Source: Dehalococcoidia bacterium
Lineage (GTDB): Bacteria; Chloroflexota; Dehalococcoidia; DSTF01; JACRBR01
Assembly (NCBI GenBank): GCA_040902505.1
Contig: JBBDXE010000032.1
Coordinates: forward strand, 112,399 to 176,398
Length of the DNA: 64,000 bases
Reading direction: 5' to 3'
Shown: piece after piece, positions 46,190 to 56,130 of the stretch
How the letters are laid out: the number at the start of each line of letters is the position of its first letter
Numbering within the stretch: the first letter of the stretch is position 1
Notes under the pieces: generated by a model
Databases searched by the model: none
What the model was told of the DNA's origin: nothing
What the model saw: the letters and a program-made list of their open reading frames with translations, nothing else
Position numbers and translations under genes: made by a program

Positions 46190-48877
46190 CTACGTCAGGG
46201 TCACGGGGTCGATGTCCACGACGCAGGACGGGGGCAGCGGGAGGCCGCGCAGCAGCTGCGACGGGTCACGGCCACGCAGCAGGAGCTGCCAGCGCCAGCG
46301 GCCGCGCAGGCGCTGCACGTAGGCCGGCGACGGCCCCAGCACCTCGACATCCGAGCCCAGCTCCGCGCGGCGATGCGCGAGCGTCCGCTGCAGGCGCAGC
46401 GCTTCATCGCGGGCGCGGCGGGGGTCGGTCTGCGACACGGTCAGCCGCGCGAGGCGGGCGAAGGGCGGATAGCCCGTCTGCGGGCGTCCCTTCAGTTCGA
46501 GTGCGGCGAACCCCTCGTAGTCGTAACGCGCGGCTGCCCCGATGGCGTAGTGGTCCGGCGTGTAAGTCTGGATGATCACGCGCCCGGGACGCTCGGCGCG
46601 CCCCGCCCGGCCGGCCACCTGCGTGAGCAGCTGGAACGTGCGCTCGCCGGTGCGATAGTCGGGCAGGTGCAGACTCACGTCGGCGCTGATGACGCCGACG
46701 AGCGTCACGGCGGGCAGGTCGAGCCCCTTCGCCAGCATCTGGGTCCCGATGAGCACGTCCGCCTCGTGGGCCAGAAAAGTGGCGAGGATGCGCTCGTGCG
46801 CGTGGCGGCCGCGCGTCACGTCGCGGTCCCAGCGCAGCAGCCGCGCCTTCGGGAACAGCCGCTGCGCCTCGGCTTCGACCTTCTCGACGCCGGCGCCGAG
46901 CAGCCGGATGCGGGCGCTTCCGCACTGCGGGCAGGCAGCCGGCATCCGCTTCGGGCGGTTGCACTGGTGGCAGACCAGCCGATCCTGCTGGCGGTGGTAG
47001 GTGAGGGCGACGGCGCAGCTGCTGCACTCCGGCACGTGGCCACAGTCGCGGCACTGGACGTGCCCGGCGAGGCCGCGGCGGTTCAGGAAGAGGATCGCCT
47101 GCTCGCCGGCGGCCAGGGTTTCGGAGAGGGCGTTCTGGAGCGCCTGGCTGAAGATGCTGCGGTTCCCCGCCTTCAACTCTTCGCGGAGGTCGATGACGGT
47201 GACGTGCGGCATGGCGGGCGTCGCCGACGGACGTCCGTCGCCGTCCGGGCGGATCCGCTCCGGCAGCGAGAGCAGCGTGTACCGGTCGCGCGTCGCATGC
47301 TCGTACGACGCGACATCCGGGGTCGCGCTTCCGAGCACGACGACGGCGTCCTTACGCCGGGCCAGCTCGATCGCCGTGTCGCGGGCGTGGTAGCGCGGCG
47401 ATGCGTCGTGCTGCTTGTAGGTCCACTCATGCTCCTCGTCGATGACGATGAGGCCGAGATCTGGCTGCGGGGCGAAGACGGCGGAGCGCGAGCCGATCAC
47501 AACGTCGTAGCGGCCCTCGGCGATCCCGTGCCATTGGTCGAACATCTCGCCGTCGCTGAGGCCGCTGTGCAGCACCGCCACACGCTCGAAGCGCTCACGG
47601 AAGCGGCGCACGGTCTGCGGGGTGAGGGCGATCTCCGGCACCATGACGATGGCACGGCGGCCGCCGGCGATGCAGCGGTCGAGGGCCGCGAGGTAGACCT
47701 CGGTCTTGCCGCTGCCGGTAACGCCGTGGAGCAAGAACGTCTGTGCCTGCCGTTCGTCGAGCGCCTGACCGATGGCCGCCGCCGCAGCGGTCTGCGCAGG
47801 CAGCAGTTCCGGCGCCGGCCGGCGGACCACGTGCATCTCCGCCAGGGGGTCGCGTTCCACTGCTCGGTCGGTGATCTCGATCAGCCCCAGCTCGGCCAGC
47901 CAGCGGGCGGTCGGGGCATCGACGGCGAGCTTCGCTCGCAGGGCGGACAGATCCTGCCCGCCCTCCGATGCCAGCGCGTGCACGAGATTGTGGGCCTGCT
48001 CGGCCCGCTTCGTCCGGCGCAGGCGCCGGGCCTCCTCGGATGCTTCGAGAGCGGAGGCCGAAAGCTGTACGTCACGCCCGCCGCGGCCGGCGTAGCGGAC
48101 GGCGCCCGCACGCACGAGGCGTTCGAGGTTCGCGCGCGACCCGGCGAGCTTCATTGCGGTTTCGACCGGCGTCGTGCGTTCGACCGAAAGCAGCTCCAGC
48201 AGCGCTGCCCGGCGCGAGTGCTTCGGCGGCTCGGCCTCGTCGATGCGGCGGTGCGCTTCCCGCTCCGGCACGCGCAGCGACGCCGTCTCGACCGTCTTCG
48301 GGCCGATCCGTGGGCGAGCCAGACGGTACTCGCGCAGTGCGTAGCCTTTCCGTTCGAGCTGAGCCACCGCGGTCTCGACGGGGGCGCGCAGCCTCCTCCG
48401 GAGCAGCTCGAGGTCCGTCGCACCCGAGGCCGCGATAGCGGCGAGCACGTCGCGCTGGCGGCGGGTGAGGTCGAGGCCGTCGATCTCGGCCGGGTCGACC
48501 AGCGGGCGGACGAGGGTCAGCGGGCGGCGTTCGAAGCCCGGTGGCAGCATCAGGGCGAGAGCGTCGAAGATTGGGGCGAGGTAGTAGTCCGAGATCCAGC
48601 GAGCGAGGGCGACGCGATCGTCGTCGAGCAGCGGCTGTTCACCGATGGTCGACCGCAGGGGGCGGATCTTCTCCGGAGCGGAGAAGACGGGGGTGTCGTG
48701 GACTTCGACAACGATACCCTGCAGCGTGAGCTTGCCGAAGGGGACGTACACGGCGTGGCCGGCGCGGAGGTCCAGCCCGAGGGGCACGGCGTAGCTGAAC
48801 GTTTGCTGATGGGGGAACGCGGAGTTCACCGCCACCTCGGCGTAGAGCTGCGTACGGGGAGGAGCGGTGGCGGTCAT
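46190..48877 (-). CDS. priA: primosomal replication-restart helicase PriA
   Basis: GVTGSGKTEVYL (Walker A), DEEHE, and the Cys-rich insertion CRDCGHVPECSSCAVALTYHRQQDRLVCHQCNRPKRMPAACPQCGS. Confidence 0.93.
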   Translation of the reverse strand: MTATAPPRTQLYAEVAVNSAFPHQQTFSYAVPLGLDLRAGHAVYVPFGKLTLQGIVVEVHDTPVFSAPEKIRPLRSTIGEQPLLDDDRVALARWISDYYLAPIFDALALMLPPGFERRPLTLVRPLVDPAEIDGLDLTRRQRDVLAAIAASGATDLELLRRRLRAPVETAVAQLERKGYALREYRLARPRIGPKTVETASLRVPEREAHRRIDEAEPPKHSRRAALLELLSVERTTPVETAMKLAGSRANLERLVRAGAVRYAGRGGRDVQLSASALEASEEARRLRRTKRAEQAHNLVHALASEGGQDLSALRAKLAVDAPTARWLAELGLIEITDRAVERDPLAEMHVVRRPAPELLPAQTAAAAAIGQALDERQAQTFLLHGVTGSGKTEVYLAALDRCIAGGRRAIVMVPEIALTPQTVRRFRERFERVAVLHSGLSDGEMFDQWHGIAEGRYDVVIGSRSAVFAPQPDLGLIVIDEEHEWTYKQHDASPRYHARDTAIELARRKDAVVVLGSATPDVASYEHATRDRYTLLSLPERIRPDGDGRPSATPAMPHVTVIDLREELKAGNRSIFSQALQNALSETLAAGEQAILFLNRRGLAGHVQCRDCGHVPECSSCAVALTYHRQQDRLVCHQCNRPKRMPAACPQCGSARIRLLGAGVEKVEAEAQRLFPKARLLRWDRDVTRGRHAHERILATFLAHEADVLIGTQMLAKGLDLPAVTLVGVISADVSLHLPDYRTGERTFQLLTQVAGRAGRAERPGRVIIQTYTPDHYAIGAAARYDYEGFAALELKGRPQTGYPPFARLARLTVSQTDPRRARDEALRLQRTLAHRRAELGSDVEVLGPSPAYVQRLRGRWRWQLLLRGRDPSQLLRGLPLPPSCVVDIDPVTLT

Positions 48878-48931
48878 CCATTCATGATGGACGTTCGTGG
48901 GGGAAGCTCAAAGCGGGGAGGGGGCGAAGGG

Positions 48932-49291
48932 TCAGGAAGGGGCGGCTGTCGGGCGGACCTTCTCCTTGATGCGGGCCGCCTTCCCGGTGAGGCCCCGGAG
49001 GTAGTAGAGGCGCGCCCGCCGCACCCGGCCCTCACGCATCACCTGCACCTTCTCAAGGCGGGGCGAGTGGAGGTTGAACGTCCGCTCGACGCCCACACCG
49101 TGGGCGATACGGCGGACGGTGAAGTTGGCGCCGGAGCCGCCGTGGTTGCGCCGGATGACCACGCCCTCGAACACCTGCGTGCGCTCGCGCTCGCCCTCGA
49201 CGACCTTCGCGCTCACGCGCACGGTGTCGCCGGGGCCGAACGATTCGACCGCTTCGTTCTCAGGCAAATCGACCAGGTGACTGACATCCAT
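48932..49291 (-). CDS. rplS: 50S ribosomal protein L19
   Basis: MDVSHLVDL...[35 protein letters not shown]...FTVRRI. Confidence 0.93.
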   Translation of the reverse strand: MDVSHLVDLPENEAVESFGPGDTVRVSAKVVEGERERTQVFEGVVIRRNHGGSGANFTVRRIAHGVGVERTFNLHSPRLEKVQVMREGRVRRARLYYLRGLTGKAARIKEKVRPTAAPS

Positions 49292-49330
49292 AACGGGGGG
49301 CAGGATAGCCGCCGGGGGCGGCCGTCGCAA

Positions 49331-49903
49331 TCAGGGTGCTGGCGAGAGCCCCCGAAACGGCCCTTGCAGGCCGCGCGGCGCGTCGAGATCGATGATGGCC
49401 CAGGCGGGCATGGGGATCGACCGCCACAGCGCAAAGGGCTCAGGTACACCTCGCAGGCCGGAGAGATACGCGGTCAGCACGCGGCCATGCGTCACGGCGG
49501 CCGCAGGGAACGGCCCGGCCGCGATCAGATCCAGCGCGGCCGCGAAGCGCGCGGCGGCGGCAACAGCGCTCTCCGCGCCGGCATGCGAGAGCTCGGGCTC
49601 TTCCAGCACACGCCGCACGCGCTCGGCGAACTCGTCGGCGTTGGCGATCCAGTCGTCGATCCGGAGTTCCTCCAGGCCCTCGACGGCGTTCGGCACGAGG
49701 CCCGCCGGTCCGCCGAGCATGAGCGCGGTGCCGCGCGCCTTGGCTTCGGAGCTGCAATAGAGGGCGCGCAGGTTCCAGCCCACGGCGACGCGGGCGAGCG
49801 CCCGCGCTTCCTCGGCGCCCCGCGGCGACAGCTCCCAGGTGGCCGTGGGGACAGCCGGATCGACGCGGGGCGAGGCGTGGCGGACGAGGTAGAGCAGACG
49901 CAT
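49331..49903 (-). CDS. histidine phosphatase (phosphoglycerate mutase-like) family protein
   Basis: MRLLYLVRHASP (RH-type catalytic motif) and later VTHGRVL. Confidence 0.75.
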   Translation of the reverse strand: MRLLYLVRHASPRVDPAVPTATWELSPRGAEEARALARVAVGWNLRALYCSSEAKARGTALMLGGPAGLVPNAVEGLEELRIDDWIANADEFAERVRRVLEEPELSHAGAESAVAAAARFAAALDLIAAGPFPAAAVTHGRVLTAYLSGLRGVPEPFALWRSIPMPAWAIIDLDAPRGLQGPFRGLSPAP

Positions 49904-49908
49904 GAGCG

Positions 49909-50760
49909 TTACACCGGGACGCCGGTGAGGAAGAGCAGCCCGCGGGCCAGCAGCTCGCCGACCAGCACCGCCCCGACGGCGATGTAGAGGAGCCCAGTCG
50001 CGGACATCATGGCGTTCTCGTTCGCCGGGTAGCCCTTGCTGGACACGTAGGACATGTAGGTCAGGGCGGCCGGGAAGAGCAGGCCGATGCCGATCCGCAG
50101 CCAGAACGCCGGGTTCGCACCGAGCGAGGTAGAGCCGAGGAACGCCGTCGCCTCGGGCGCCTCGCGGACGGGGATGGAGACGTTGATGATGAGGAGCACC
50201 GCCTGAAGAGCGATGGCGGCGAGGAGCACCAGCGTCAGCTCTTCAAGCGGCTGGCGGGGGAGGCGCGGCGTCACCAGGTACCAGTGTCCGAGCGTCATCG
50301 CGCCGACGACAGCGCCGACGGCCAGCGTGCCGGCGGCGATGCTGAGCAGCGCTCCGGCGACGCCCCACGTCGGCAGACTGACATAGAGGGCGACGGCGAC
50401 GACGAGCGCCAGCCCGACCGTGCTGGCGGCGGCGCCCGTCAGCATCGACTCGCGGCGGCGCTCGCCGAGCACGGCCCGGTTGTAGGGCAGCGTGGCGACG
50501 AGGAATGCGGCGGTGAGCACCTTCACGGGCGTGAGAAGGTCGCCGTCCAGTTCATATCCGCCGACGACCGACTGCGGGTCGAGGACGAGGGCGTTCAGCA
50601 GCGCGAGAAGCGCCGCGCAGGCGGCCATGGCGGCGCTGAACTTCACGAAGCTGGCAGCGACGCTCCCTCGCCAGTCGGCGAGCAGGCAGACGAGCAGGCT
50701 CCCGACGGAGAACTCGACGAGGACGATGAACGAGGTGTACGGCAGGGCATCGAGGTTCAT
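49909..50760 (-). CDS. hypothetical polytopic membrane protein (about 8 TM)
   Basis: Hydrophobic throughout, with a GHWYLVTPRLP segment. The ATG overlaps the upstream gene's stop (ATGA). Confidence 0.55.
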   Translation of the reverse strand: MNLDALPYTSFIVLVEFSVGSLLVCLLADWRGSVAASFVKFSAAMAACAALLALLNALVLDPQSVVGGYELDGDLLTPVKVLTAAFLVATLPYNRAVLGERRRESMLTGAAASTVGLALVVAVALYVSLPTWGVAGALLSIAAGTLAVGAVVGAMTLGHWYLVTPRLPRQPLEELTLVLLAAIALQAVLLIINVSIPVREAPEATAFLGSTSLGANPAFWLRIGIGLLFPAALTYMSYVSSKGYPANENAMMSATGLLYIAVGAVLVGELLARGLLFLTGVPV

Positions 50761-51434
50761 GCAGGATCATGGTAGGAGCGGCGATCCCGCCGGGCAACGC
50801 GAGGTTGACAGTCGATCTCGCTGAGCAGCGCTCCCAACCGGCGCCAGTCGTCCTCCTGCCTTTCCTGCGACCGGTGCAGCGTCGACTGGCGCGAGGGATG
50901 GTACATGGCGACGAGCACGCGCCCGTCCCACGGCACCGCCAACGGTACGCCGCGAGGGAGCTCGGCGTCGTGTGGCGCGATCGCGCGAAGCGACTCGAGC
51001 GCGGCCCGTCCCAGCGCCACGACGACCGGCGCCCGCACGATCTCCAGAGTCCGGGCGAGGAAGGTGCGGCAGCGCGCGACTTCGCGCAGGGCGGGCGGCC
51101 GGTTCCGGCCGGCGGCGTCGATGGGGTTGCAGAGGACGGCGTTGGTCACGAAGACGTCCTCACGCCGTAGCCCAGCGAGCGAGAGGAAGGCCGCGAACCG
51201 CCGCCCGGACTCGTCGCGGGTGAGCGGGACGCCGGTGACGGCGCCGCCGCGCCGGCCGACCGCCTCCGCGACGAAGATCACACGGGCGTCACGCCGGCCG
51301 TTGCCGTCGCCGAGCACGTGGGCGTGCGTCATCCGGTCGCAAGCGGTGCAGGCGTGCACGTCGCGTACCAGATCGTCGAAACGGCGGTCTGGCGACGGCG
51401 GCGAGACGGGCGGCGGCGCGGGATGAGAGCGCAT
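50757..51434 (-). CDS. uracil-DNA glycosylase superfamily protein (family 4/5-like)
   Basis: Start MRSHPAPPP at 51434. CTACDRM, VIFVAEAVGRRGGAVTGVPLT, FVTNAVLCNP, HPS. The ORF-track N-terminal extension is low-complexity. Confidence 0.7.
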   Translation of the reverse strand: MRSHPAPPPVSPPSPDRRFDDLVRDVHACTACDRMTHAHVLGDGNGRRDARVIFVAEAVGRRGGAVTGVPLTRDESGRRFAAFLSLAGLRREDVFVTNAVLCNPIDAAGRNRPPALREVARCRTFLARTLEIVRAPVVVALGRAALESLRAIAPHDAELPRGVPLAVPWDGRVLVAMYHPSRQSTLHRSQERQEDDWRRLGALLSEIDCQPRVARRDRRSYHDPA

Positions 51435-51537
51435 CGCAGACAGTGTAGACCTGTGACGAGTTCGATCAGGGCACTTGTAACCGTCCGGCGATCGGCGTAG
51501 GATCGCGATCGAGACGTCTGTGGACGGAGGCGAGGCG

Positions 51538-52035
51538 ATGCGCCCGGTGCCTGAGTACGACGCGAAGAACTGGCTGCTGAAGGCGCTGCGCGAGACCGCG
51601 CACGCGATGGAGTCGCTGATCTGGGAGCTGGACGAGGACGCGCTCGACCGCCGGCCGGCGGACGACGAGTGGTCCTGCCGCGAGCTGGCGCTGCACATGT
51701 GCGAGATGGAACGCCACTACATCGACCGGCTCGAGTGCATGGTGAGCGAAGAACAGCCCCGGATCGATGCGTTCGATGCGGACTCGATCGAGCACGACGA
51801 GGCGGCGGCGTTCCAGACGGTGTTCGACCTGATGGAGGAGTTCGCGGTGCTGCGCCGGCAGGCGGTGTACCTGCTCTGGTCGCTCGCGGAGATCGACTGG
51901 GAGCGGCGGGGCGTGCATCCGTACCTCGGGCCGCTGACGATCACGCAGGTCGCGCGCGAGATGAACGAGCACGACCTGTCGCACCTCTGGCAGCTCCGCC
52001 GCCTCGCCGACCGCTACGAGCCTGCCTCCGTCTGA
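51538..52035 (+). CDS. DinB-family (DinB_2) four-helix-bundle protein
   Basis: ATG at 51538 after GGAGG. ELALHMCEMERHY ... EMNEHDLSHLWQLRRL His triad-like pattern. Confidence 0.65.
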   Translation: MRPVPEYDAKNWLLKALRETAHAMESLIWELDEDALDRRPADDEWSCRELALHMCEMERHYIDRLECMVSEEQPRIDAFDADSIEHDEAAAFQTVFDLMEEFAVLRRQAVYLLWSLAEIDWERRGVHPYLGPLTITQVAREMNEHDLSHLWQLRRLADRYEPASV

Positions 52036-52088
52036 TCGTTCCTGACCCCGGGGCGCGCTTGGTAGCATGTCGGCCGAGGTGAGCTGAG

Positions 52089-52607
52089 GTGGGCATCCTC
52101 CCGATCCGCATCGCCGGCGACCCTGTGCTCCGCGAGAAGGCGAAGCGCGTGCGCCGCATCGACGCGTCCATCGAGAAGCTGATCGACGACATGATCGACA
52201 CGATGCACGCTGCCCCGGGCGTGGGCCTGGCGGCGCCGCAGGTCGGGCACCCGCTGCGGGTCGTGGTCATCGAGACGCCGGATGACGGCCTGATGGTGCT
52301 GATCAACCCGGAAGTGGTGAAGTCGTCCGGCGAGCGCCGGCTGATCGAGGGCTGCCTCTCCGTGCCCGGCTACCAGGCGGAGATCACGCGCCACCGCAAC
52401 GTCACCGTGAAGGCGCTCGACCGCGACGGCAAGGAGGTGCGCATCAAGGCGTCCGACAACCTGCTTGCCCAGGCGCTGGAGCACGAGATCGACCACATCA
52501 ACGGGATCCTGTACATCGATCACCTGACGAGCACCGACGAGCTGATCCCCGTCCGCCCGTCGGTCGACGACGATGCGCCGCGGGAGGCCGAGGTCATCCT
52601 CGCCTAG
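52089..52607 (+). CDS. def: peptide deformylase
   Basis: GVGLAAPQVG, EGCLSVPG and HEIDHINGILYID motifs. Confidence 0.95.
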   Translation: MGILPIRIAGDPVLREKAKRVRRIDASIEKLIDDMIDTMHAAPGVGLAAPQVGHPLRVVVIETPDDGLMVLINPEVVKSSGERRLIEGCLSVPGYQAEITRHRNVTVKALDRDGKEVRIKASDNLLAQALEHEIDHINGILYIDHLTSTDELIPVRPSVDDDAPREAEVILA

Positions 52608-52628
52608 CGGCCGGTCCAGCCTCATTCG

Positions 52629-54125
52629 ATGCCGAATTTCGTCCCACCGTCCGCACTGAAGCCGTTGCTGGCGCGCATCGCCCCGCTGGCGCGTGATGCC
52701 GGCGTCGAGGCGTATGTGGTCGGAGGCGCGGTCCGTGACGCACTGCTCGGGCGAGACGTCCATGACCTGGACCTCGCCGTCGACCGCGCCGCGATGGCGT
52801 TCGCGCAGCAGCTCGCCGGTGCCCTCGGCGGCCACTTCGTGCCGCTCGACGAGGAGAACGCCGTCGCCCGCGTGGTGCTGGACGATGGTCCGCTTCGCAC
52901 CGTCGACGTCGCGGAGCTGCAGGGCACGCTCGACGAGGACCTGCGCCGACGCGACTTTACAGTAGACGCGATGGCCGTTCCGCTCGAAGGCGGGGAGGTC
53001 ATCGACCCGCTCGGCGGGCTCGACGACCTCAGCCGGCGCCTGGTGCGCATGACGTCGGACACGGTCCTCGATGCTGACGCGCTGCGCTTGCTGCGGGGCG
53101 TCCGCATCGCCGCCGAGCTGGCGTTCGACATCGAACCGGCGACGGCGGCGGCCATCCACCGGCGGGCGGCGGCCGTGCTCGAGGCTTCGCCGGAGCGCCA
53201 GCGCGACGAGGTGGCGCGGATCTTCGCGCTCGAGGACGTGTACGGCGCCCTCCGCACGCTCGATGCGCTAGGACTGCTCGACGTTCTGCTGCCGGAGGTA
53301 GCGGCCGGAAAGGGCGTCGCTCAGCCGGAGCAGTTCCATGCGTATGACGTGTTCGAGCACGCCATGCGGGCCGTCGAGTCGCTCGACATGATGTTGCGGG
53401 CGGAGGCGCCGGCCGACGATGGATGGCTGTGGGCGGATGTGTGGGACGCCTTCGGGTCGCTGGCGGGCGTACTGCGGACATACTTCGGCGAGGAGCTGAC
53501 GCCTGGCCGCTCGCGCCGCGCGCTCGTCAAGCTGGCGGGACTGCTGCATGACGTCGCGAAGCCACAGACGCGGCGCATCGAGGCGGACGGGCGGGTGCGG
53601 TTCTTCGGCCATGCGGACCTGGGCGGCAGGGTGGCGGCGGCCGTGCTGCGACGACTGCGCTTCTCGTCAAGAGAGGTCCGGTTCGTGGCGCTGCTGGTGA
53701 CGGAGCACCTGCGGCCAGTGCAGCTCGCGCACGCAGGAGAGGCGCCGACGCGGCGAGCGCTGTATCGCTTCTGGCGCGACCTGGGCGACGCGGCGCCCGG
53801 CGTGGTGTTTCTCGCGCTCGCGGACGCGGCCGGGGCGCGCGGGCCTGGCCTCACGCACGAGTCGTGGTCAAGGCAGGCGCGGTATATGAACAGCGTGCTC
53901 GTGCGTTCCTATGGGGATGAGGGTATAGTTCACGCGCCCCGCCTTCTGAGCGGGCGCGACATCATGACTGCCCTCGGATTGGCGGAGGGCCCCGCGATCG
54001 GACGGCTGCTCTCAGCGCTGGACGAGGCGCAGGCGGCGGGCGAGGTCACCGGCACAGAGGGTGCGCTGGCGTTCGTGAGGGAGCTCGCGGAGGCAGAAAA
54101 CATCACGGACGGCAGGAAGCGTTGA
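52629..54125 (+). CDS. cca: CCA-adding enzyme / poly(A) polymerase family nucleotidyltransferase with HD domain
   Basis: VVGGAVRDALLGRDVHDLDLAV, RRRDFTVDAMA, LLHDVAKP, GHADLG. Confidence 0.85.
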   Translation: MPNFVPPSALKPLLARIAPLARDAGVEAYVVGGAVRDALLGRDVHDLDLAVDRAAMAFAQQLAGALGGHFVPLDEENAVARVVLDDGPLRTVDVAELQGTLDEDLRRRDFTVDAMAVPLEGGEVIDPLGGLDDLSRRLVRMTSDTVLDADALRLLRGVRIAAELAFDIEPATAAAIHRRAAAVLEASPERQRDEVARIFALEDVYGALRTLDALGLLDVLLPEVAAGKGVAQPEQFHAYDVFEHAMRAVESLDMMLRAEAPADDGWLWADVWDAFGSLAGVLRTYFGEELTPGRSRRALVKLAGLLHDVAKPQTRRIEADGRVRFFGHADLGGRVAAAVLRRLRFSSREVRFVALLVTEHLRPVQLAHAGEAPTRRALYRFWRDLGDAAPGVVFLALADAAGARGPGLTHESWSRQARYMNSVLVRSYGDEGIVHAPRLLSGRDIMTALGLAEGPAIGRLLSALDEAQAAGEVTGTEGALAFVRELAEAENITDGRKR

Positions 54126-54451
54126 GCGAAGCCACCGTTGCGTCGATCGTCGTTGTCAGCGTGATTGTTGCGTTCTACCTGATTATCCTGCGGCCGCAGC
54201 AGCAGGAGCAGAAGCGGCAGCAAAAGGACATCAAGGACCTGCAGGTGGGCGACGAAGTGCTGACCACGTCCGGTTTCCTGGCGACCGTCAAGGACATCTA
54301 CATTCCGGAGACGGGGCCCGTGCAGATCGTGCTCGAGTTCGGGAGCGGCATCGAGGTACACGCGCTCTCGACGGCGATCGCCCAGCGGGTGGCGGCGGGA
54401 CAGACGAGGCATGCCGGGGCGCTGGCCGGACATGAAGAGGGCCGCAGATGA
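54122..54451 (+). CDS. yajC: preprotein translocase subunit YajC
   Basis: Single TM segment, then LRPQQQEQKRQQKDIKDLQVGDEVLTTSGFLATVKDI. The TTG start overlaps the cca stop. Confidence 0.8.
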   Translation: MSEATVASIVVVSVIVAFYLIILRPQQQEQKRQQKDIKDLQVGDEVLTTSGFLATVKDIYIPETGPVQIVLEFGSGIEVHALSTAIAQRVAAGQTRHAGALAGHEEGRR

Positions 54452-56130
54452 TGCGCGGGTGGTGGGACCGGACCTTCATGGTCATCCTCGTGCTCGTCGC
54501 CGCCGGGTCGATCTACGCCATCTGGCCGGACGAACCTGACCGCTATCTGCCGGATGCCATCCCGTGGCCGTCGGGGCGCGGCGTCCCCGGTGAGATCGCC
54601 GGACTCCAGCTCCCGTGCCATTCCGAAGATCAGACGAACGAGAGCGACTCGGCCGACTGCAAGGGCATGACGCTGGGGTTGGACCTCCAGGGAGGCTCGC
54701 GCATCGTGCTGCAGGCCGACCTCCAGGGGCGGACCGACATCGACCTCGACGAAGCGCTCTCGGCGGCGAAGGAGATCGTCGAGAGCCGGATCAACCCGTT
54801 CGGCGTATCGGAGGCGCAGGTGCAGCGCTCGGGGAAGGACCGCCTGGTCGTCGAGCTGCCGGGCGTGAGCGCGAACACCGCGCGCGACATCACGCGTCCG
54901 GCGATCCTCATGTTCTGCGAACCGCTCCAGCAGGGCGCGCAGGGCAGCGGCGCGGGCGCCCAGATCGCGAGTGCGCCTCAGGGATCACGAGTGGCGTACA
55001 AGGCCGGCGGCTGCGAGCCGGATGTTGACGAGAACGGTGCCGTGGCCGTCATCAACGCCGACGGATCCATCGGCAGGCTCGCGCCAACGTACACCACACT
55101 GCAAGAGGTCGATCTGAGCAGCGGGCGCGACAATATCGTGTGGACGCCGGCGACCGGCGATCTGAACGGCGCGCAGACGGTGATGACCGGGGCGTTCCTG
55201 AAGTCCAACACGACCGTGCAGTTCGACCAGCTCGGCCAGCCCTTCCTGATCTTCAACATGACCGACGACGGGAAGCAGGTGTTCGGATCGCTCACGCGGC
55301 GTGTCCAGGGCCTTCCGCTGGCGACGTTTCTGGACGGCGACCCGATCCGCGGGCGCGAAGGCGGCATCATTGCGCCGACGGTCCAGGGCGAGATCACGGA
55401 CACGGGGCAGACGACCGGGCTGGCCCTGAAAGACGCCCAGCGTCTCAAGACGTTGCTCAACAACGGGGCCTTCCCGGTACCGCTGAAGGTGGTGCAGCAG
55501 CAGGACGTGGACGCCACACTCGGGGATGAGGCGGTCCGCCATTCGGTGCAGGCGGGCATCGTCGCGCTGCTCATCATCATGGCGTTCATGACGCTGTACT
55601 ACCGGCTGCCGGGGATCCTGGCGAGCGGTGCGCTGGTGGTGTACACGGCGGTGGTGCTGGCGATCTTCAAGATCGGTATTCCCGGGGTGGGGCCGGTGAC
55701 GCTGACGCTCGCGGGGGTGGCGGCGTTCGTGCTGTCCGTGGGCATGGCGGTCGACGCGAACATCCTGATCTTCGAGCGCACGCGCGAGGAGCTCCGGGCG
55801 GGCCGCAGCCTCATCCCCGCGGTCGAGGCGGGATTCGAGCGAGCGTGGTCCTCGATCCGGGACAGCAACGTCTCGACGCTCATCACCTGCGCCATCCTTT
55901 ACTGGATGGGCAACGCACTCGCGTCGACGCTCATCAAGGGGTTCGCACTGACGCTGGCGGTCGGCGTCGTGATCAGCATGTTCTCCGCGATCACGGTCAC
56001 GCGGACGCTCCTGCGCCTGGCGCTGGGCACGCCGCTGCGCCGCTTGCTGTGGCTCTGGACGGACGACCAGCCGGAGGGGCGCCTGCGGACAACGGCCGTC
56101 AGCGGGGCGGAGGGGGCCGAGCATGCGTAA
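54448..56130 (+). CDS. secD: protein translocase subunit SecD
   Basis: MTLGLDLQGGSRIVLQAD ... large periplasmic domain ... GMAVDANILIFERTREE. Confidence 0.93.
   Translation: MMRGWWDRTFMVILVLVAAGSIYAIWPDEPDRYLPDAIPWPSGRGVPGEIAGLQLPCHSEDQTNESDSADCKGMTLGLDLQGGSRIVLQADLQGRTDIDLDEALSAAKEIVESRINPFGVSEAQVQRSGKDRLVVELPGVSANTARDITRPAILMFCEPLQQGAQGSGAGAQIASAPQGSRVAYKAGGCEPDVDENGAVAVINADGSIGRLAPTYTTLQEVDLSSGRDNIVWTPATGDLNGAQTVMTGAFLKSNTTVQFDQLGQPFLIFNMTDDGKQVFGSLTRRVQGLPLATFLDGDPIRGREGGIIAPTVQGEITDTGQTTGLALKDAQRLKTLLNNGAFPVPLKVVQQQDVDATLGDEAVRHSVQAGIVALLIIMAFMTLYYRLPGILASGALVVYTAVVLAIFKIGIPGVGPVTLTLAGVAAFVLSVGMAVDANILIFERTREELRAGRSLIPAVEAGFERAWSSIRDSNVSTLITCAILYWMGNALASTLIKGFALTLAVGVVISMFSAITVTRTLLRLALGTPLRRLLWLWTDDQPEGRLRTTAVSGAEGAEHA

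Noticed and set aside
46043-49987. 1314-aa plus-strand ORF, the longest in the window
   Set aside because: It runs antisense to priA, rplS and the histidine phosphatase gene, all of which have clear family motifs. Its product is Arg/Gly/Ala/Asp-rich low complexity, typical of shadow ORFs in high-GC DNA.
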